Source: an uncultured Zetaproteobacteria bacterium (lineage in GTDB: Bacteria; Pseudomonadota; Zetaproteobacteria; Mariprofundales; Mariprofundaceae). From it: a stretch of DNA of 47,831 nt. The notes under the pieces were generated by a model. That model had not been told where the DNA came from and did no database searches. It saw only the letters and a program-made list of their open reading frames with translations. The translations under genes and the position numbers were made by a program. This document shows positions 37,045-46,235 of this stretch, in pieces (positions within the stretch are counted from its first letter, which is position 1; each line of letters starts with the position of its first letter). Location: the NCBI GenBank assembly GCA_964437065.1, contig CAYTFI010000002.1, forward strand, positions 1-47,831, written 5' to 3'.

Positions 37045-38202
37045 ATGAATATCAAAGGCTTTCACTGGCGTCATTTTTTTGGCGGAGTGGCTTTTCTGCT
37101 CCTCATCGTCCAGTTCTTTTCCGGCCTGGTGCTGACGATGTTTTATTTGCCGCATTTGAATGAGGCCTATGCCAGCGTGCAGAATATCTATAATGAGTTC
37201 GGCAAGGTTGCATGGATCAGGGATACGCACCGCTGGGCGGCAATGTTTATATTTATCGCCACCATTATGCATTTTATTCGCAGCTTCTTAAGGAAGGAGT
37301 ATCGTGAAAGAAGGGCCAGAACGCTCTGGTTAACGGGAATTTTGCTTATTCTGCCCACGATGGGCTTTTTGCTTACCGGGATTATCCTGCCATGGGAATG
37401 GAGAGGCTACTGGTTTATGGAAATGGTGCCCAATTATCTGGGCCAGCTTGCCGTAATCGGGCCGGCTCTGGAACATTTCTTTATCGATGTATTCACCATG
37501 AATCGGGCATTTGTAACGCATGTTGTTATTCTTCCTGTTGTCATGTGGATTCTGTTTGATATTCATGCTCTGGTCAAAATGAGAGGAAGGGCCGGGGGAC
37601 TCAGTCGTTATATTGCTGTTCACGGCCTTTTTGTGATCCCTTTTTTGCTGGTTATCGGCGTGCTGGCCTATGCTGTTCCCATGCCGACCCAGGACCCTCA
37701 AATCATCCCCATGCCGCTTGAGGGCGCCGGCATCCCGACGGCGGAATGGTTTGTGCTAGTTTTCTATGTGCCTTACTGGTATTTTCAGAACTTCATGGCT
37801 CCGCTGCTAAGCTTTTACGTGCCGGTTGTATTATTTATTGTGCTGGCAGTATTGCCCTACTGTTTCGGCAAGGAGAAAAGCGAATTAAGGGCTGAGAAAG
37901 AGGCGCATGCCAATAAAATCAAAAAAATATCATCATGGCTGCCGGATGCGCTCAGATTCGGCGCACATGCCAGGGCGCTTGGCTTTCTAAGCGTTCTGGT
38001 GGTGTCGCTGACCCTGTTCGGGGGACTTTATACAGTTACATCCGTGTCGCCGACTATGGGTTGTAATTCGTGCCATAATATTTTGTCGGGCAGGAGAATG
38101 GGAATCCCCCCGGAAACATTTAAGGACAGGGTAAAAAACCCGGTGCTGAAAAATTTCGAATGGATGGTTCAACACTGGCTTTACCCGCAACATTACTGGT
38201 AA
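37045..38202 (+). CDS. Cytochrome b (PetB+PetD fused) with C-terminal heme c domain
   Basis: DTHRW, IMHF, VTHV and DIHA heme-b His; TG.ILPW; PTAEWF (PEWY-like); CNSCH. Confidence 0.85.
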   Translation: MNIKGFHWRHFFGGVAFLLLIVQFFSGLVLTMFYLPHLNEAYASVQNIYNEFGKVAWIRDTHRWAAMFIFIATIMHFIRSFLRKEYRERRARTLWLTGILLILPTMGFLLTGIILPWEWRGYWFMEMVPNYLGQLAVIGPALEHFFIDVFTMNRAFVTHVVILPVVMWILFDIHALVKMRGRAGGLSRYIAVHGLFVIPFLLVIGVLAYAVPMPTQDPQIIPMPLEGAGIPTAEWFVLVFYVPYWYFQNFMAPLLSFYVPVVLFIVLAVLPYCFGKEKSELRAEKEAHANKIKKISSWLPDALRFGAHARALGFLSVLVVSLTLFGGLYTVTSVSPTMGCNSCHNILSGRRMGIPPETFKDRVKNPVLKNFEWMVQHWLYPQHYW

Positions 38203-38282
38203 AAAGGTAACGACTGAGGGGCATTCTGAGTAGCTATGCTGATTCTGCTGAGTCGTTGCGCAAAAAGATGAACCGGGGTTCC

Positions 38283-38296
38283 TTGATTCAGATCAA
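38283..38296. promoter_or_regulatory. FNR/DNR box (perfect consensus)
   Basis: TTGATTCAGATCAA about 155 bp upstream of the 38452 operon. Confidence 0.75.
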
Positions 38297-38451
38297 AGAA
38301 TCAGGGGTCTGATTAAGCGATGTTGCCGATCGCGCATGAAGGATGTTTAAGGTGCAAGTCAATTATTTCGCGAGCCAACCGCCTGTTTCGGGACATGCTG
38401 TAACTCTCGGGATAAAAAACAGAAAAGAAAATATCTGAAGGGAGACGTCTT

Positions 38452-38943
38452 GTGATTTGTAGCGGCAAGAGAATATTTTCTGGCCTCGTATGCATTGCCA
38501 TTGCCGTAGCGATGGCGGGCTGTAGTAGCGAGTCGACCACTGTGGTATTGCCCGACGAGGGGCCGGAAGTTGTAGCAAAACAGTTCTATGAATATATTTC
38601 TGAGGCAAAGCTCAGAGGCGGGCCGACGCCTGCCAAAGCGGCCTTCAAGTTAATTGACAGTGAGAAAGCGCATCTGGACGTGCATCGCTTCCTGTCAATT
38701 ATTAAATCGTATCCGCCGGGATTTATGGTCAGCGTGGATGGATTTAAAATCAATGGCACGCAGGCTGTTGTCGATATTACCTACAAAATGCCTTCCGCTT
38801 TTGGCGATTCATATGATGTGAAGGGGAAACTGCCGCTTAATCTGGACAGGGCCGCTAATAAATGGGTTGTAGATTTTACCGGGGATACGTACGGCCTGCA
38901 AAAGAAGGATTTTTTAGCCGGCATGCCCGAGGCGGCCAAATAG
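38452..38943 (+). CDS. Hypothetical lipoprotein
   Basis: GGAG RBS; lipobox MAGC; soluble domain. Confidence 0.75.
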   Translation: MICSGKRIFSGLVCIAIAVAMAGCSSESTTVVLPDEGPEVVAKQFYEYISEAKLRGGPTPAKAAFKLIDSEKAHLDVHRFLSIIKSYPPGFMVSVDGFKINGTQAVVDITYKMPSAFGDSYDVKGKLPLNLDRAANKWVVDFTGDTYGLQKKDFLAGMPEAAK

Positions 38944-38965
38944 GAGATGACAGGATGGATAACAG

Positions 38966-39586
38966 ATGAGTGATACGAGCGCAAAGGACTGGATTAAACA
39001 ATTAATAAGAGAAAAAAAGGGCAAGCCAATACCAACCCATGTCAATTTCTTTTATTGCTTTGGCGGCATATCGCTGTTTCTGATTGCTGTCCAGTTGGCC
39101 ACAGGCGTGGGCATGCTTTTTTTCTATACGGCTGATCCCAAGACAGCCTATGACAGCGTACTTGAGATGGCCACCAAGGTGCCTTTTGGATGGCTGCTGA
39201 GGGATATGCATCGCTGGGGTTCCACCCTTGTTCTGGCGACTATATTTTCCCATATGATCATTGTTTTTTATTTGAAGGCCTACCAGAGTCCCAGGCAGTA
39301 TACCTGGATGTCGGGGGTGTTCCAGTTGCTGATGGTGTTCCTTATGCTGGTCACCGGGCTTTTGCTTCCCTGGAACTGGAGATCCTACTGGTCTTTTGCC
39401 ATTTGGATGGATTATGTCAAATCATGGACGATCGGAGGGGAAACCCTGAACAACCTGTTTCTTGATACGTTCACCATAAATATGGCCTATTATACGCATA
39501 TATTGATCATCCCGTTGATTCTTGCCCTTGTTCTGTCTTTCCACTTCAAGATGGTCAAGCGGCATGGAATTACCGGGCCGTTATAA
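38966..39586 (+). CDS. Cytochrome b6-like N-terminal subunit (PetB-like)
   Basis: FFYCFGG (heme ci Cys), DMHRW, FSHM, YTHI, SFHF and C-terminal KRHGITGPL. Confidence 0.88.
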   Translation: MSDTSAKDWIKQLIREKKGKPIPTHVNFFYCFGGISLFLIAVQLATGVGMLFFYTADPKTAYDSVLEMATKVPFGWLLRDMHRWGSTLVLATIFSHMIIVFYLKAYQSPRQYTWMSGVFQLLMVFLMLVTGLLLPWNWRSYWSFAIWMDYVKSWTIGGETLNNLFLDTFTINMAYYTHILIIPLILALVLSFHFKMVKRHGITGPL

Positions 39587-39604
39587 CCCGGGGGGTAACT
39601 GAAC

Positions 39605-40288
39605 ATGGAAGACAAAAAAGGAAGAGAACTTATCTTTGAGGGGCATAAGTACGACCCCCCGTATCCGCAATCCTTTTATGCTTTTTGGCCATGGCATGCC
39701 ATAAAGGCCGTCATATTGCTATCCGTCATATTTCTGGGCCTGCTGGCGTTGTCTCATTACCTGAGGATGCCGATGGATGTAAATATGCCGCCGCTTCCGG
39801 ATGACGGCATGGGCATACCCGGGCCTGAGTGGTATCTGATGTTTCTGTTTCAGCCCTTCTGGTATCTCATAGAAGATTATGCAAAATGGCTGTCGGTCGG
39901 AACGTTCTGGCTGCCATTTGCTATAGTGGCCTTTCTGTTTCTGCTCCCGGTTATGAGCCGCAGGAAAAGAGAACCCGGAGTCAGGATGAAGGCCTCAGCC
40001 AAGGTGCTTTCAGCGCTGCTGGTTTTGGTGATCTGGGTTGCCGTGCTGGGAGGAGTGGTTGGCGCCGGCTACCCGGCCAAGGTGCAGGGTTGTCTTTCCT
40101 GCCACAATAAAATGATGGGCGTCAGGCAGGCCAGGCCTCCGGCGGATGTCGGCGAATATTACAGGACTTCACGGCAGCGACAGGTAAACCTCGGCGGATA
40201 CAATATTGGCGGCCAGGGCGGCCCGGGTTCCTACAAGGATTCAAACTGGCAATTGCGGCATATTTATGAGCCTACGATGACGTGGTGA
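39605..40288 (+). CDS. Cytochrome b6f subunit IV (PetD)-like protein fused to heme c domain
   Basis: FWP.H, PGPEWYLMF, 3 TM helices, CLSCH. Confidence 0.85.
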   Translation: MEDKKGRELIFEGHKYDPPYPQSFYAFWPWHAIKAVILLSVIFLGLLALSHYLRMPMDVNMPPLPDDGMGIPGPEWYLMFLFQPFWYLIEDYAKWLSVGTFWLPFAIVAFLFLLPVMSRRKREPGVRMKASAKVLSALLVLVIWVAVLGGVVGAGYPAKVQGCLSCHNKMMGVRQARPPADVGEYYRTSRQRQVNLGGYNIGGQGGPGSYKDSNWQLRHIYEPTMTW

Positions 40289-41349
40289 TTGCCCGAAGCA
40301 TGCATCATATCGCCTGTGGGCTTATCTTTCTTGCAGCGTTGTTTTCATCTGTCGGGGCGGTCTTCGGCGAAGATGACCGGGATGCCCGGCCTGTTATTGA
40401 AGAATTTGCCTTTCCTGAAGGGATCAGCTCTGCTCAATCGATAGAAATAGACGCCACAGGACGCGTCTGGTTTATTGAATCGGTTGGCAAGCACCTGCTT
40501 GTATTTGATCCGACAACGAAGAAATTCAACTCCTTCACGCTGCCGGGCACCTGGGGAGACGTGGGATTTTCAAAGTTTGCCATAAGTCCGAAAGGGGAAA
40601 TCTGGTTTTCTGTCAGCCGTTGGGTCAAGGGCGGGAAAGAGCCCAATATGCTGGGGCTGTTTACGCCTTCCGACGGATATTTTACACGTTTTGTTCTTTC
40701 CACCGAAACCTACCCTGAAGAAATAATGGTCGATGCCAGAGGAGTGGTATGGTTTACGGCAACCAATAAAAACAGCCTCTTCCGCATTGACCCGGTCAAA
40801 TCATCAATAAAGGGATATGCCCTTCCTGCCGTTGACAGCTATCCCGGCAGCCTGAAAAGTGATAAAAACGGACATATCTGGTTTGTTGAGGGCGGCGCCA
40901 ACAAGATAGGAGAATTTGATCCCGACAAAGAACTGTTTTATGAGCATGCCATACCCACCAAATTTTCCAATCCGGCAAAAATATCTATCGACAAGAGCGG
41001 CAAAGTCTGGTTTGTGGAGATGGCAGCGAATAGAATAGGAGTGTATTACCCTGATTTGAAACGTTTTGACGAGGCCATTATCCCAACAAGCAACAGCTCG
41101 CCAAACGCCCTTGTGCATGACAGTGAAGATAATATCTGGTTTCTGGAATACCGGGGCAATAAAGTTGGTTTCTTTAATCCGAAGCAGGCGGCCTTCCATG
41201 AATTCGATATTCCCAATTTCAACAGTCAACCGGGAGGCATGGCCATTGATCTTGAGCGGTCTGTAATCTGGTTCACTCAAAGCTCTACAGAAGCAAAACG
41301 ATTTGGTCGACTGTCTATCAGTGAAGCCATGGCGGAAATCGCTAAATAA
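40282..41349 (+). CDS. Vgb (streptogramin lyase)-like beta-propeller, exported
   Basis: Signal peptide; repeated D..G.VWF.E...N.IG.FDP blades. Confidence 0.85.
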   Translation: MVIARSMHHIACGLIFLAALFSSVGAVFGEDDRDARPVIEEFAFPEGISSAQSIEIDATGRVWFIESVGKHLLVFDPTTKKFNSFTLPGTWGDVGFSKFAISPKGEIWFSVSRWVKGGKEPNMLGLFTPSDGYFTRFVLSTETYPEEIMVDARGVVWFTATNKNSLFRIDPVKSSIKGYALPAVDSYPGSLKSDKNGHIWFVEGGANKIGEFDPDKELFYEHAIPTKFSNPAKISIDKSGKVWFVEMAANRIGVYYPDLKRFDEAIIPTSNSSPNALVHDSEDNIWFLEYRGNKVGFFNPKQAAFHEFDIPNFNSQPGGMAIDLERSVIWFTQSSTEAKRFGRLSISEAMAEIAK

Positions 41350-41685
41350 GCTCCATCTCCCCCGGCTTGAATTATCTGTTAATCAAGGCGATGATTGCGT
41401 CCGCTAGCGTTCCGTCTGCAACAAACCTTGTGTTTGACATGTCCGGGCGGGCTCTTTGCCAGGGAGCGCGAGTGCAGGACTGGCCAAGCTAAACGATGGC
41501 GCAGGCCCGTCCGGACATTCCTTGCGGGAGCATTTCTCATAAGGCATGGCGACATTGCATTCCTTGTCAATGGAGCTCCATTGCCTGAAAATGCGCCTTG
41601 CCCTGCCTTTTGGGAGCCGTTCTGAAACGAAACGTTTGTTATGGATGGATTGCTAGTGCAACCAAAGTTATCTAAGGATCATTGA

Positions 41686-42678
41686 ATGAGAATTGTTGTT
41701 TTTTTCTGGGCCATGCTCTGTTTTCTTTCCCATTCCTCTTTATGGGCGGTTGAGAATGCCTTCAAATCATTTGAAATTCCTACGGCCGTTACATTGCCGT
41801 CCAGAATTGCTATTGATGGCGCTGACACAGTCTGGTTTATCGAGTCAAACTATAACAAGATCGGTAAATTTCAGCCTGCCGGGGGCGAATTTGCAGAATA
41901 CGAGATTCCGACCCGGCGCAGTCTTCCCGGTGATATGACCATTAGTGATCAGGGCAAAATATGGATTACCGAGGCTGATTCGAATCAGCTGGGTGTTTTT
42001 GATCCTGTTAGTCAATCCTTTGAAGAATATGATGTCCCTACCATGGACAGCCTCCCCTACAAGATCATAACTGACAGGCGCGGGGATGTCTGGTTTACTG
42101 AATTTTACGGCAACAAGGTGGGTCGATTCGATCCCCGCCTGAAGACGTTCCGTGAATATGCCGTGCCAACCGCTGCCAGTCGTCCGTCGGGCGTTGCGGT
42201 GGATAAGAACGGACTGGTCTGGGTTATAGAGGCACAGGGCAATAAGCTGGCCAGGCTGAATCCTGAGGATGGCGTGATTCGCGAGTTTGAGTTGCCTCTG
42301 CCCTTCGAGGCGGCAGGGGAAGTCGTGGCGGACGGATCAGGCAGGCTATGGGTTGGCGGGCGCAAGGGTCACAGCCTGATTATGTTTGACTCGGAAAAAG
42401 AGACATATAAAACCTATGCCATACCCAACAAGGGCGTGAGCGAGGCGTTGACCGTGGCCCGTGATGGAAAAATCATGTTCACTATGAGAACAAGCGCCAG
42501 GATAGGCATGTTCAACCCGGTGACGGAGGAATTTGTTGAGGTTCCCGTGTCATTGGGTAAAAGCAGGCCCAATGGCATTGGCATGGACTCGAAATCAAAC
42601 ATCTGGTTTGCCGATACGCCGAAAAATGCCCTGTTCAAACTGGATGGCGCCATGATGCAGAAGCTTTGGACGCGATGA
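41686..42678 (+). CDS. Vgb-like beta-propeller, exported (paralogue)
   Basis: Signal peptide; same blade repeats (WFTEFYGNKVGRFDP). Confidence 0.85.
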   Translation: MRIVVFFWAMLCFLSHSSLWAVENAFKSFEIPTAVTLPSRIAIDGADTVWFIESNYNKIGKFQPAGGEFAEYEIPTRRSLPGDMTISDQGKIWITEADSNQLGVFDPVSQSFEEYDVPTMDSLPYKIITDRRGDVWFTEFYGNKVGRFDPRLKTFREYAVPTAASRPSGVAVDKNGLVWVIEAQGNKLARLNPEDGVIREFELPLPFEAAGEVVADGSGRLWVGGRKGHSLIMFDSEKETYKTYAIPNKGVSEALTVARDGKIMFTMRTSARIGMFNPVTEEFVEVPVSLGKSRPNGIGMDSKSNIWFADTPKNALFKLDGAMMQKLWTR

Positions 42679-42738
42679 AACAGGGTTGATAACGTTCTGC
42701 CCGCATCATACCATGGTCGCCTTGGAGGCTTGTAAGCG

Positions 42739-43278
42739 ATGAAAAAAAGTCTGGTTGCAGGTATATTATTTCTGGTTTTACTGGCGCTGTCTACGGCGGT
42801 GATTTTTATTCCTAATCCGTTGGGTGCGAAGGTTCTTGCCGAAGCCAAGTATCGGGGTTATCTTGATTATACTCCGGAAGAGGCGGTTACGCTTGCATAC
42901 AAACGCTGCGCCGGCTGTCATAAGGTGGACAAGGTGCTGAAGTTTTGTTCCGCCTGCGGGCCGCCATTTATTGTGACTGCCCTGACCATGAGAAAACATG
43001 TCGAGGTGATGAATGCGAAAGGAGAACACCGCAGGCAGTTTTCCGATGCGGAACTGATTGCGATCGTACAGGTGTGGAATGCGCTGGTTGGCAACTGGGA
43101 GCCTGACTGGCCCCAAAAAGATATTATTACAATGTTGCGGGGAAATGAAAGTCTGATTCAGCTGGCCAAAACTCCGCTGGCTGAAAGGCCTATAGAGATG
43201 GCCTTGAAAGACAAGAAGGCGCCTGGCTCATATACCAGAATCTATTCCGACAAGATCAAAAATCCCTGTTCAAAGTAA
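42739..43278 (+). CDS. Membrane-anchored c-type cytochrome-like protein
   Basis: GGAGG RBS; TM helix; CAGCH plus additional CSAC. Confidence 0.7.
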   Translation: MKKSLVAGILFLVLLALSTAVIFIPNPLGAKVLAEAKYRGYLDYTPEEAVTLAYKRCAGCHKVDKVLKFCSACGPPFIVTALTMRKHVEVMNAKGEHRRQFSDAELIAIVQVWNALVGNWEPDWPQKDIITMLRGNESLIQLAKTPLAERPIEMALKDKKAPGSYTRIYSDKIKNPCSK

Positions 43279-43779
43279 TTTATCAATTTCGTGTCTTAAC
43301 AGAGCCTCCGTTACGACGCCGGCGTGGAAATAGCTTACCATGCCGTTTTTATCAATAAAGAACGTAGTGGGCATTCCATACAATCCAAATATCTCTTTAA
43401 GATGCCCTGTGTTGTCCATGCCGGCAGGATAGGTAAGGTCGTGTTGCTGCATGAATGCCCGAGCCTTCTTTTCCGTATCATCTATGGCGATGCCAAGAAA
43501 TGTCACATTCTTCGGCGCATATGCCTTAAACGTGTTTTGAATATGGTGAATTTCGGCGCCACAGGAAACACACCAGGAGGCAAAAAAATTGATCATCACA
43601 ACCTTGCCTTTTTGAGCGCTTAACTGGAAATCATCGCCGTTGAAGAGCGTCATGCTGAAATCGGGCGCAGGCTTATGAGCGAGTCCCTCAATTGTCGGCG
43701 CTTCATTACAGCCATGGAGCAGCAACAAGCTGCTGAACAGCAGCATGCGCAGGGTGTTGTGATGTTTGGCATGGCGCAT
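43270..43779 (-). CDS. TlpA/ResA family thioredoxin lipoprotein
   Basis: GGAGG RBS; lipobox LHGC; NFFASWCVSC; GMPTTF. Confidence 0.9.
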   Translation of the reverse strand: MRHAKHHNTLRMLLFSSLLLLHGCNEAPTIEGLAHKPAPDFSMTLFNGDDFQLSAQKGKVVMINFFASWCVSCGAEIHHIQNTFKAYAPKNVTFLGIAIDDTEKKARAFMQQHDLTYPAGMDNTGHLKEIFGLYGMPTTFFIDKNGMVSYFHAGVVTEALLRHEIDKLL

Positions 43780-43799
43780 GATTATTCCTCCCGTGACAG

Positions 43800-44480
43800 T
43801 CAGAAAAAGGCCCACTGTTTTTTGCTCTGTTGCCGGTAAAAAGCATGAATTTTTATAAATGACTCTGCTATTTCCGGGGCGTTTTGAGGCGGGGAGAAAT
43901 GGCCGTAAAGTCTTCCCTGCGGATCAATGAGAAAGAGGGTCGAATTATGCGTGACTTCGTAGTCGCTTTCAGATTGCCCGGCGTTAATGCTATACAGGGC
44001 GCCTATTTGCCGACTGAATGCATCAATTTGGGCCTTGTTGCCGGTGAGTCCGATGAAGCCTTTGTTAAAATATGACACATAATCCCTTAACAGCGCCGGC
44101 GTATCGCGTTTGGGATCGACAGAGATAAAAACGCCCTGGAGTTGAGAAAAAACAGCAGGGCTCTTCTGTTCAAGGATGTCAAACAACGTCCCCAATTGCA
44201 TCAGCGTGGCGGGACAAACATCCGGACAGTGGGTATAGCCGAAGAAAATAAAGCTCCATTTTCCCTTAAGACTATCCAGATCGAATGTGCTGTTGTCGGC
44301 AGCCGTTAATTGAAAGTCAGCCAAATCCCTGGCTTCCCAGAACAGGTAATCCTCTATGTCTTCAGGCGCCTTCATTAATGTATTGGCATTAGAGCGCCAG
44401 ACAAAAAACGCCGATGCAGTCAGGGTGACGAGCAGGATGAGCGCAACAATTGGCCTGGATGGCAAATATTTATTGTTCAC
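43800..44480 (-). CDS. SCO1/SenC family copper chaperone
   Basis: FGYTHCPDVCP, ISVDPKRDT, YEVTH. Confidence 0.93.
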   Translation of the reverse strand: MNNKYLPSRPIVALILLVTLTASAFFVWRSNANTLMKAPEDIEDYLFWEARDLADFQLTAADNSTFDLDSLKGKWSFIFFGYTHCPDVCPATLMQLGTLFDILEQKSPAVFSQLQGVFISVDPKRDTPALLRDYVSYFNKGFIGLTGNKAQIDAFSRQIGALYSINAGQSESDYEVTHNSTLFLIDPQGRLYGHFSPPQNAPEIAESFIKIHAFYRQQSKKQWAFF

Positions 44481-44565
44481 AATGCTTGAAGCTCCATGGT
44501 TCGATGTGGTTGAGCAGGAAAGCTGATATATATATTATTAAGCGTTGATTAATCGTAATTCCACT

Positions 44566-44610
44566 TTTTCCTTGTACTCGAACAAATCAGGGGGCAATCT
44601 GGGCATCTGC
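44566..44610. repeat. Partial copy of repeat family A
   Basis: TTTTCCTTGTACTCGAACAAATCAGGGGGCAATCTGGGCATCTGC versus TTTTCCTTGTTCTCGAACAAATCAAGGGCAATCTGAGCAGCTAC at about 20294-20337. Confidence 0.65.
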
Positions 44611-44739
44611 GTCGGCCTGGCTGAGTGGCTCTGCGCCGGAGAAGATAAAATTGAACAATAAAGCACAAGACAAGACGTGTGTTGCACAGTATATTTCGAG
44701 CGTTCAACACAATTAAATCTAACGCACAGGGTGATTAAG

Positions 44740-45162
44740 ATGAATAAATATATGATTGGAATATTACTTGCATCAGGGCTGATCATGGTCGGGCAGTCCG
44801 TCCCGGCTACTGCTGCAATGACTGAAGGCAAAGCTAATTCGAGCGCCTCGGACAAAGGGGATACGGGCGAGGGCGCTTTCATGGGATTCTGCATGCCCTG
44901 TCACGGCATGGAGGGAAAGGGAGACGGTCCTCTGGCTGACAGCCTTGGCGATGTAACGCCCAGAAACTTCACTGATGCGGAATATATGTCGACCCGCACT
45001 GACGATGAGCTGTTTGGCGTGATCAAAAACGGCGGCGCAAGCGCAGGGTTTTCAGACGCCATGCCGGACTGGGGCTACAACTTTCACGATGATGAAATCA
45101 GAAGGATTATCAAGTATATAAGAAGCGATCTCTGCAAATGCAAATATGAGGGAGATAAATAA
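44740..45162 (+). CDS. Monoheme cytochrome c
   Basis: Signal peptide; CMPCH; PRNFT...RTDDELF...MPDWG, paralogous to 19864 and to the core of 16268. Confidence 0.9.
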   Translation: MNKYMIGILLASGLIMVGQSVPATAAMTEGKANSSASDKGDTGEGAFMGFCMPCHGMEGKGDGPLADSLGDVTPRNFTDAEYMSTRTDDELFGVIKNGGASAGFSDAMPDWGYNFHDDEIRRIIKYIRSDLCKCKYEGDK

Positions 45163-45211
45163 ATATCCGACAGCGGAGCGTTTCCCACAAATAGCGCACC
45201 TGCATGATTGA

Positions 45212-45889
45212 ATGATGGCGATCAGTCCCAACCGGAAATTTCGAAATGATATCTATGAGCAGTTTACGCGTATTGGCAAGGCGATTTCCAGTCCCAAACG
45301 GCTGGAATTGCTTGATCTGTTGTGCCAGGGGGAACGGACGGTAGAGGCATTGGCCAGGGCGGCGAGTTTAAGCGTGGCGAACACATCGCAGCACTTGAAA
45401 AAGCTGCAAGCATCCCGCCTGATCGAATCGGAGAAATCCGGCTCATTTGTTATCTACAGGGTTGCGGATAAGGCGGTCAATGCGTTTTTTCATGCCATGC
45501 GGGTGCTGGCGGAACAGCGTCTGGCGGAAATTGACCAGATTACGCAACAATTCATGCAGGACAAAGAAGGCATGGAGGGCGTGGATCGGATAGAGCTTAT
45601 GCAGCGCGTTCGCGCCGGAGAGGCCATTGTCCTTGATGTGCGACCGCCGGAAGAGTTTTCTGCCGGTCATATAGAAGGCGCGATTTCCATCCCGTTGAAG
45701 AAGCTGGGCGAGCACTTGTCTGAATTATCCAGGGACAAGGAGATTGTTGCTTATTGCCGTGGCCCATATTGCGTGATGTCCATTGAAGCCGTGAAAATGT
45801 TACGTGCCGGAGGATTTCGTGCCGCGCGTTTGGAAGATGATGTGTACGAGTGGGGTGTTCATGGGCTTCCAGTGGCAAGAGGAGAGTAG
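45212..45889 (+). CDS. ArsR/SmtB family regulator fused to rhodanese domain
   Basis: SPKRLELL...SQHLKKL winged HTH; DVRP.EEF.AGHI.GA; YCRGPYC active loop. Confidence 0.92.
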   Translation: MMAISPNRKFRNDIYEQFTRIGKAISSPKRLELLDLLCQGERTVEALARAASLSVANTSQHLKKLQASRLIESEKSGSFVIYRVADKAVNAFFHAMRVLAEQRLAEIDQITQQFMQDKEGMEGVDRIELMQRVRAGEAIVLDVRPPEEFSAGHIEGAISIPLKKLGEHLSELSRDKEIVAYCRGPYCVMSIEAVKMLRAGGFRAARLEDDVYEWGVHGLPVARGE

Positions 45890-46055
45890 AGATGGCAGAG
45901 GGTTGTGTGATCACAATGGGCTTTTGACTTGTTGAAAAAGAGTGATATGGTTACTCTCCTTATAAATCAATATGTTGCATGCAGGAAAGTTGCATATGCG
46001 CGTGTCAACAGGGGTGTTGGCTTATCGCCTGCAGCATTAAGATTGTGTTAAATAG

Positions 46056-46069
46056 TTGATTAGAATCAA
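46056..46069. promoter_or_regulatory. FNR/DNR box (perfect consensus)
   Basis: TTGATTAGAATCAA about 165 bp upstream of 46236. Confidence 0.55.
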
Positions 46070-46235
46070 GGCGCGGCAATGGTGCGTGGCCATTCTGACG
46101 GACTTTGCATGCAACGCATGCCGGGGAATCAGATTAGCAAACAAGTGATGGTTTTTTTGTGAAGCCCTGATATATGGGGCGAGTCGGATGATTACAGGGA
46201 TTATTGATAAAAAATAGTTATGGAGGATTTCAGCA

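Noticed and set aside
40282-42678. Virginiamycin B resistance (vgb) genes
   Set aside because: Only the propeller repeat is shared. Signal peptides and the respiratory context argue against a resistance function.
44545-44558. Possible FNR box TTGATTAATCGTAA
   Set aside because: The right half-site is too degenerate to support.
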